Of a stretch of 64,000 bases of DNA, positions 58,523-64,000 are shown piece by piece. The translations under genes were made by a program, and so were the position numbers. The DNA lies in contig JAIBBD010000002.1 in the NCBI GenBank assembly GCA_019694855.1, forward strand, positions 25,354-89,353. Reading direction: 5' to 3'. This stretch comes from Dehalococcoidia bacterium (lineage in GTDB: Bacteria; Chloroflexota; Dehalococcoidia; UBA2979). The notes under the pieces were generated by a model, which was not told the origin of the DNA, did no database searches, and was given only the letters and a program-made list of their open reading frames with translations. Numbering within the stretch: position 1 is the stretch's first letter; each line of letters starts with the position of its first letter.

Positions 58523-59173
58523 CTACCCCAGCCAGTCGAGCTGAAACGCTCGCAGCGACTCCACGAGCTCGTCCGCGCCCGGCTGCCGCTCCACCGCCGA
58601 GCTGGCCTGCCGTGTCTGCACCACGAACATGCGCGCCGCCCGCGCCGACGCGACCCCGGGCACCGAGTCCTCAACGACCAGGCATGCCTCGGCGCATGCG
58701 CCCAGCCGCTCAGCCGTGTGCAGGTACACATCCGGCGCGGGCTTCGCCCGTTTCACCTCGTCCGCCGTCACCACGAGGTCGAAGTGCCTCCGCAGGCCAG
58801 AGCCATCGAGTGTCGCCCGCACCCACCTCGGCCGTGACTGCGAAGCGAGCGCGACCGCGCGGTGGCGCTGCCGGATCGCTTCGAGCAGCTCCACCGCCCC
58901 GTCAAGCGGCTCCGGCGGCTCCTGCAGGAGTTGCTCGGTGACGAGGTTGTCGTACCGCCCGGCGAGTTCCTCCACCGGCTCTGGGAACCCAAACCGCCGC
59001 TTCAACCAATCGATCGTCCATTCGAGGGACGCGCCAACGAAGAGCGCGTACTCCGCCTGGGTGACCGTATGCGGCGCGATGAGCCTCTGCATCGCCCGGT
59101 GGTGGATCGGTTCCGAGTCCACCAGCACCCCGTCGAGGTCGAAGATCACTGCCTCGATCCACCGAGGGCTCAC
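58523..59173 (-). CDS. HAD-superfamily hydrolase (beta-phosphoglucomutase-like, subfamily IA)
   Basis: AVIFDLDGVLVDSE (motif I) and VEDSVPGVASARAARM (motif IV). GTG start overlaps the upstream stop (GTGA). Confidence 0.75.
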   Translation of the reverse strand: MSPRWIEAVIFDLDGVLVDSEPIHHRAMQRLIAPHTVTQAEYALFVGASLEWTIDWLKRRFGFPEPVEELAGRYDNLVTEQLLQEPPEPLDGAVELLEAIRQRHRAVALASQSRPRWVRATLDGSGLRRHFDLVVTADEVKRAKPAPDVYLHTAERLGACAEACLVVEDSVPGVASARAARMFVVQTRQASSAVERQPGADELVESLRAFQLDWLG

Positions 59174-59598
59174 CGGCGCCCCTCGACCACGAGCTTCAGC
59201 CGCCAGAGCGCGTCCCGCAGCGCCTGCCGTCGCATCGGCCGGTGCATCGTCTCCTCCAGCACCCACCCGAACGCGCCCCCTGCTGGTTCGTAGGCTATCT
59301 CCGCCGTGACGTGCACCTCGCGAGGCCCCTCCGCGTTCAACCCCCACGCGAGGCCCCAGCCACCGCCGTCCCGGTCCGCCAGTTCCAGGGCCTGCGGCGC
59401 CTCCGCCAGGATCACTTCGAGATGGACGCGCTCCCTGCGCACGGGCAGTGCCAGCGCGAACGCAATCGTCTCGCCGTCGGCCGCGAACTCCTCGAACGCG
59501 GGCGGCAGCCACTCCGCATGGCTCTCGAACTGCTGCAGCCGGCCGTACACCTCATCGGCGGGCGCGTGGATATGCACGTCCTCGCGCAGCCGCCTCAC
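59170..59598 (-). CDS. SRPBCC-superfamily (polyketide cyclase/START-like) protein
   Basis: 142 aa with a START-like beta-grip pattern. GTG start overlaps the lysS stop (GTGA). Confidence 0.5.
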   Translation of the reverse strand: MRRLREDVHIHAPADEVYGRLQQFESHAEWLPPAFEEFAADGETIAFALALPVRRERVHLEVILAEAPQALELADRDGGGWGLAWGLNAEGPREVHVTAEIAYEPAGGAFGWVLEETMHRPMRRQALRDALWRLKLVVEGRR

Positions 59599-61121
59599 GC
59601 GCCGCCGTCCGAGGCCTCGTCGTCCCCCGCCTCGTCATCGCCCGTGTCGCGGCCGGCGCGTTCTCGCATCGCCGGGAACAGGATGACCTCGCGGATCGAG
59701 GCCTCACCCGTCATCAGCATCACGAGCCGCTCGACCCCGATCCCGAGGCCGCCCGCCGGCGGCATCCCGTACTCGAGCGCGAGCAGGAAGTCTTCGTCGG
59801 CGACTTCGGCCTCGTCGTCTCCGCCCGCCTGCTTCGAGGCCTGCTCACGCATCCGCTCTCGCTGCTCCACCGGGTCGTTCTGCTCGGAATACGCGTTCGC
59901 CAGTTCGTACCCGATGGCAAACAGCTCGAACCGCTCCGCAATCGAGGGGTCGTCGGCCTTCCGCTTGGCCAGCGGTGAGAATTCCGCCGGGTAATCGAAC
60001 ACGAAGGTGGGCTGAATCAGCTTCGGTTCGACGAGTGTCGACATCACCTCGTCGAGCACCTTCCCCCACGACGCACTCTCCTCGACGCGCACGCCGCGTG
60101 CCGCCGCTGCCGCCCGCAGGCTCGCGACATCCGGGTATTCGACATAATCGAGGCCGGTTTCGTCCCGCAGTAGCTCGCGGTACGTCGTACGCCGGAACGG
60201 CGCCGCGAGGTCTACCGTGTGCTCCCCGAACTGGACCTGCAGCGACCCGCCCACCTCGCCCGCCACCCGCCGCAGCAACGCTTCCACCATGTTCGCCACG
60301 TCGAGGTAGTCGGCGTACGCCTCGTACGACTCGAGCAGGGTGAACTCCGGGTTGTGGCGTCGGTCGATGCCCTCGTTGCGGAACACCCGCCCCAACTCGA
60401 ACACGCGGTCGAACCCGCCGATGAGCAGTCGCTTCAGGTGCAGTTCGAGCGAGATGCGCAGGAACAGGTCACGGTCCAGCGCGTTGTGGTGCGTCACGAA
60501 CGGTCGCGCCGCGGCTCCGCCCGCGTGCTCCTGCAGCACCGGCGTGTCGACCTCCATGAATCCGCGCTCGTAGAAGAACCGCCGGATCGAGGCGACGACG
60601 TCCGCGCGGATGCGCGCGATCTCCCTCGACCGCTCGTTCGCGATCAGGTCGAGGTACCGCTGCCGGTAGCGCACCTCGGTGTCCGTGATGCCGTGCCACT
60701 TCTCCGGCAGCGGTCGCAGCGCCTTGGTCAGCACGCGCCACTCTGAGGCGCTCACCGTGACCTCGCCGGTGCGTGTCCGGAACAGCTCGCCGCGAGCCTC
60801 GAGGAAGTCGCCCAGATCCAGCAGCGACAGCAGCTCAAACGCCTCGCCGAGGACGTCCGCACGACCTTGCACCTGGACCCGCCCGCTGCCGTCGCGCACG
60901 TCGAGGAATGCCGTCTTCCCCATCCGCCGCAGCGCTGTGATACGCCCCGCCACCGTCACGACCGGAGCCCCCTGGCCAGATCCCTCGGCCGCCTCGAACG
61001 CCGCGACGGCTTCCGATGCCGTGTGCGTACGGGCGGTCACAGCCGGGTAGGGGTTACCGGCTCGCGCCAGCTCCTCGCGTTTCGCGAGCCGCTGCGCGAA
61101 CAGCTCCTCCTCGGTTGGCAT
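59595..61121 (-). CDS. lysS: Lysine--tRNA ligase (class II)
   Basis: OB-fold N-domain and class II motifs (FRNEGIDRRHNPEFTLLESYEAY; GGLGIGVERLVMLM). It has an acidic C-terminal tail. Start at MPTEEELF. Confidence 0.9.
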   Translation of the reverse strand: MPTEEELFAQRLAKREELARAGNPYPAVTARTHTASEAVAAFEAAEGSGQGAPVVTVAGRITALRRMGKTAFLDVRDGSGRVQVQGRADVLGEAFELLSLLDLGDFLEARGELFRTRTGEVTVSASEWRVLTKALRPLPEKWHGITDTEVRYRQRYLDLIANERSREIARIRADVVASIRRFFYERGFMEVDTPVLQEHAGGAAARPFVTHHNALDRDLFLRISLELHLKRLLIGGFDRVFELGRVFRNEGIDRRHNPEFTLLESYEAYADYLDVANMVEALLRRVAGEVGGSLQVQFGEHTVDLAAPFRRTTYRELLRDETGLDYVEYPDVASLRAAAAARGVRVEESASWGKVLDEVMSTLVEPKLIQPTFVFDYPAEFSPLAKRKADDPSIAERFELFAIGYELANAYSEQNDPVEQRERMREQASKQAGGDDEAEVADEDFLLALEYGMPPAGGLGIGVERLVMLMTGEASIREVILFPAMRERAGRDTGDDEAGDDEASDGGA

Positions 61122-61157
61122 GGCGGCTCCATCCGGTCCCCGACTCGGCCAAAACGA

Positions 61158-61186
61158 GGGCGGGCGGGGTAACACCCCGCCCGCCC
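61158..61186 (-). terminator. Intrinsic terminator after greA
   Basis: GGGCGGGCGGGG-taaca-CCCCGCCCGCCC is a perfect 12-bp stem, followed on the minus strand by a GTTTTGG tract. Confidence 0.65.
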
Positions 61187-61208
61187 GTGCAGCCTCAGGG
61201 TGGAGTGA

Positions 61209-61682
61209 CTACGAGACCGAGACGATCGTCATCTCGACGACGCCGCTCGGCGCGTTCACCTGCACTTTGTCACCACGCTTCTTGCCGAGCAATGCCCGCC
61301 CGACCGGCGATTCGTGGCTGATCCGGCCCTCCAGCGGCGCGGCCTCCGCGGGCCCCACCACCTGGTACGTGTGCTTTCGCGTGTCGTCCATCTTCACGGT
61401 CACCGTCGAGCCCACGCGCACTTCCTTCGAGTGGTGCGCCGCCTCCTCGTCGATCACCTGCGCCAGCTCGAGCATTTTCTCGATCTCGCGGATGCGACCC
61501 TCGAGGAACGCCTGCTGGTTCTTCGCCTCTTCGTACTGGCCGTCGATCTGCGCGGTCCCCAGCTCCTGCGCCTCACGGATCGCCGCCGCCACTTCGGCAC
61601 GACGTACCGTGCGCAGCTCGTTCAGCTCCGTCTCGAGGCGCTCCAGCCCCGCTTTGGTCAGCAGCACCGGCTCTTCAGACAT
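61209..61682 (-). CDS. greA: Transcription elongation factor GreA
   Basis: N-terminal coiled coil (LTKAGLERLETELNELR) and C-terminal FKBP-like domain. Confidence 0.9.
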   Translation of the reverse strand: MSEEPVLLTKAGLERLETELNELRTVRRAEVAAAIREAQELGTAQIDGQYEEAKNQQAFLEGRIREIEKMLELAQVIDEEAAHHSKEVRVGSTVTVKMDDTRKHTYQVVGPAEAAPLEGRISHESPVGRALLGKKRGDKVQVNAPSGVVEMTIVSVS

Positions 61683-61965
61683 CGCACATCCTTCGCGGCG
61701 GTCTCCCCCACCGCTTCTCCTGTCGCACGTGATTGCGAACGCGCCGCGGAGCTACTTGGAGCCGCGGCGGCAAACACGAAACGGACTCGCCCGCGAGGCC
61801 AGTCCGTCGGATGCACCCGAACGGGCGTACGTATCGTACGTGACGATAACTACCCCTGACAATATCGTGAGCGTATCGACGCGGACCGCCCTCGCGGCGC
61901 GCGGCCCCGGTGGTAGAATCCCTCAGCCGGCGGCATCTCGGCTCCCACGTTCGAAGGAGTCCCTC

Positions 61966-63069
61966 ATCCGCCAGGGAACCCTGCTCCCGCTGATCCTCGC
62001 GCTGGCCGTCGGGCTCGTGGCCGGCCTCGCTGGCGGCGTCATCGGCGGCCGTCTCACTGACTCCGATTCCGAGGGCGATGCCGCTGAGGCGACACCCGCC
62101 CCGGACACCGCGGCGCGCGTCCGCGCGGCCGTCGACCGCGTCCTGCCCAACGTCGTCCTGATCCTCGCCGACCTCCCGAACACCCAGGACGCCCAGGGAC
62201 GCACCGTCGAACGGCAGAATATCGGCTCAGGCGTCGTCGTCAGTCAGGACGGCCACATCCTCACGAACTCGCACGTAGTCAGCGGCGCCGTCTCGATCAG
62301 CGTCTTTCTCTCGACCGGCGAGCAGCGTCCAGCCCGCCTACTCGCCGACGATGCCCCCTTCACCGACCTCGCGATGCTCCAGGTCGACCCAAAGGGGCTC
62401 CGGCAGATCGCCTTCGGCGCGTCGGCCTCGCTCAAGCCAGGTGACGCCGTCGTCGCCGTTACGGGAGGCGGCGGCATCTTCGGCCCCGGCAACGCCGTCA
62501 CCACGGGCGTCGTCTCCGCCATCGACCGCACCCTCCCGCGCAGCGGCGTCACGTTCGAGGACCTCATCCAGACCGATACGGTAGTGAACAGCGGTGATTC
62601 CGGAGGCGCGCTGGTCAATCTCAGCGGCGAGTTTGTCGGTCTCCTCACGACCGTGGTCCGGGACACCGGTAGCGGCGTTCCCGCCGAAGGCATCGCCTTC
62701 GCGCAATCGTCCGACTCCCTCCGCGCCATCGTGGCCGACATCGTCCGCACCGGTAAGCATGCCCGCCCGCGCATCGGCATCGAATTCCCTGATCGCCAGC
62801 ACCTCGAAATCACGGCGGAACTCGCCGCCGAACGCAGCCTCCCCGTCGCCGAAGGCGCGCTCGTCGTCACCGTGCCCGCTGGCTCTCCAGCCGCCGCCGC
62901 GGGCGTGCAACCCGGCGATATCGTCGTCGCCGTGAACGGCGCGGCCGTCACGGGGCAGCAGCCAATGGTGAATTTGCTTAAACTCCTGCCACGAGGTGCG
63001 CGTGTTGACCTCGTGCTCCTGCGCGGCGGCCGCCAGGTCACCGTGTCCATCACACCTTCGGAGGGCTAA
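61966..63069 (+). CDS. Trypsin-like serine protease (S1C/HtrA-like) with a C-terminal PDZ domain and N-terminal membrane anchor, apparent ATC start
   Basis: Catalytic triad context (TNSHVV, D..AMLQVD, GDSGGALVN) and a PDZ domain (GALVVTVPAGSPAAAAGVQPGDIVVAVNG). No ATG/GTG/TTG precedes the TM helix. GAAGGAG at 61953-61959 is followed 6 nt later by an in-frame ATC at 61966. Confidence 0.6.
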   Translation: MRQGTLLPLILALAVGLVAGLAGGVIGGRLTDSDSEGDAAEATPAPDTAARVRAAVDRVLPNVVLILADLPNTQDAQGRTVERQNIGSGVVVSQDGHILTNSHVVSGAVSISVFLSTGEQRPARLLADDAPFTDLAMLQVDPKGLRQIAFGASASLKPGDAVVAVTGGGGIFGPGNAVTTGVVSAIDRTLPRSGVTFEDLIQTDTVVNSGDSGGALVNLSGEFVGLLTTVVRDTGSGVPAEGIAFAQSSDSLRAIVADIVRTGKHARPRIGIEFPDRQHLEITAELAAERSLPVAEGALVVTVPAGSPAAAAGVQPGDIVVAVNGAAVTGQQPMVNLLKLLPRGARVDLVLLRGGRQVTVSITPSEG

Positions 63070-63075
63070 CTGACG

Positions 63076-64000
63076 ATGCGAGACCCACGCCGGCCACGCC
63101 TCCCACGGATGCCGCAGTCCCGCTTCGAGGACGAGGACACCGCCGCCGCGGACTCTGAGTACGACGACGAGTGGCCCCCGGCGCCGCCCGCCCGCCGAGG
63201 CGACGGCGGCAGCTTCGAGGCCGATCGCAACCTGCTCCGTGTGGCCGGCCTCATCGGCATCCTCGCGGCCGTCATCCTGATCCTCGTCTTGCCGCCCATC
63301 TCCATCCTCGACCGTGGCAACGGCGGTACCACGGCCGCGCCTGGCGAGGTCGTCACCAAGGCCCGCAAGTCGCTCCCCGCCCTCCCCGAGGGCATCGAGG
63401 CGGCCAGCGCCTTCTACGACATCGCGGCGTCCGCCTCCAACCAGGGGCCGGCCACCCTCACTGTCCGTCTGTCGCAGCAGACGAATGACGGCCGCAACCT
63501 CGCCTTCTACACCTACGCCGACGGCCAGTGGGAACGCCTCGCCGCCGTCGAGCCGGCCGATGGCGGTCGAGCCGCGCGTGGCGAGGTCCCCTTCGTCCCC
63601 TCGAACATCGCCGTCCTCCGCCGCACGAGTTTCGCCCGCACGCCCGGCCTCATCATCGCTCCCGGCCAGACGCCCGACCTGGCGGCTCCAACGGGTGGTG
63701 TGATCAGCGTCCTTGCCGGCGCGCCTGCCGCTGGCGGCGAGGACATCGAGATCTCGAGCCAGTTGCAGGGCGGCCTCGCCGACCGTTACCTCGGCGTGAG
63801 CAGCGCGACGCTCGCACAGGCCGCCGCCGTGAACCGCATCCTCGCCGACCCCAACGCCATCAAGCGCCACGTCGATGCCATCGTCGGCGCCGCCCAGCGC
63901 ACGAACGCGGCCGGCGTGCACCTTGACTACACCGCCGTCGATCCCGCCCGCCGCGCCGCCTTCTCCTCCCTCGTGGAGCAGCTATCGATCCAGCTTCGCG
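63076..64000 (+). CDS. Hypothetical membrane-anchored protein, 3' end outside the window
   Basis: ATG 63076 lies 4 nt after the protease stop. The frame is open to the window end with strong GC3 bias. It has an N-terminal disordered region and one TM helix (LIGILAAVILILVL). Its C-terminal GVHLDYTAVDP loosely resembles a GH18-like D-x-D-x-[ET] motif; this is weak. Confidence 0.45.
   Translation, partial: MRDPRRPRLPRMPQSRFEDEDTAAADSEYDDEWPPAPPARRGDGGSFEADRNLLRVAGLIGILAAVILILVLPPISILDRGNGGTTAAPGEVVTKARKSLPALPEGIEAASAFYDIAASASNQGPATLTVRLSQQTNDGRNLAFYTYADGQWERLAAVEPADGGRAARGEVPFVPSNIAVLRRTSFARTPGLIIAPGQTPDLAAPTGGVISVLAGAPAAGGEDIEISSQLQGGLADRYLGVSSATLAQAAAVNRILADPNAIKRHVDAIVGAAQRTNAAGVHLDYTAVDPARRAAFSSLVEQLSIQLR

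Noticed and set aside
63901-63935. GH18 chitinase-like catalytic motif in the partial final ORF
   Set aside because: The match is only to a D-x-D-aromatic pattern (HLDYT). It lacks the catalytic Glu and the gene is truncated by the window edge, so it is not called.

Overview
This is a densely coding, high-GC (about 70%) bacterial chromosomal window, most likely Actinomycetota or Chloroflexota-like. Nearly every long antisense or alternate-frame ORF in the supplied track is a GC artefact; the real genes were chosen by homology, GC3 bias and start/stop coupling. The window opens with the 3' end of mreB, two divergent GT-C-like membrane glycosyltransferases, rex with a Rex-box in front of an FGE-sulfatase-family gene, and pabB-pabC. 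Next come ispH and a fatty-acid oxidation/electron-transfer cluster: two crotonases flanking two small paralogous proteins, two degenerate Rieske-fold membrane proteins, an acyl-CoA synthetase, an EtfD-like membrane Fe-S oxidoreductase and etfB-etfA. A coaE operon then carries a CbbQ/NorQ-type AAA+ ATPase, a metallophosphoesterase and a 1098-aa NorD/CbbO-like vWA protein; this orphan trio is the most unusual system in the window. The middle holds DUF302-chrA, several hydrolases, cinA, a secreted Thr/Ala-repeat protein, a split YeeE/YedE pair, a TetR-ABC exporter operon with a palindromic operator, and a MoxR-DUF58-DUF4129 triad. After murI, pyrF, DUF951 and a BFN nuclease comes a complete F1Fo ATP synthase operon (atpI-like, B, E, F, H, A, G, D, C) with atypical subunits a, b and c plus intra-operon repeats. 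The end carries murA, serS, a nudix gene, an ACAD with its TetR, a lysS-SRPBCC-HAD coupled operon, greA, an HtrA-like protease and a partial membrane protein. No rRNA, tRNA, CRISPR array or mobile element was found. The strongest sequence-level point is that at least two genes appear to start at ATC (AUC) codons placed 5-6 nt after an AGGAG Shine-Dalgarno.
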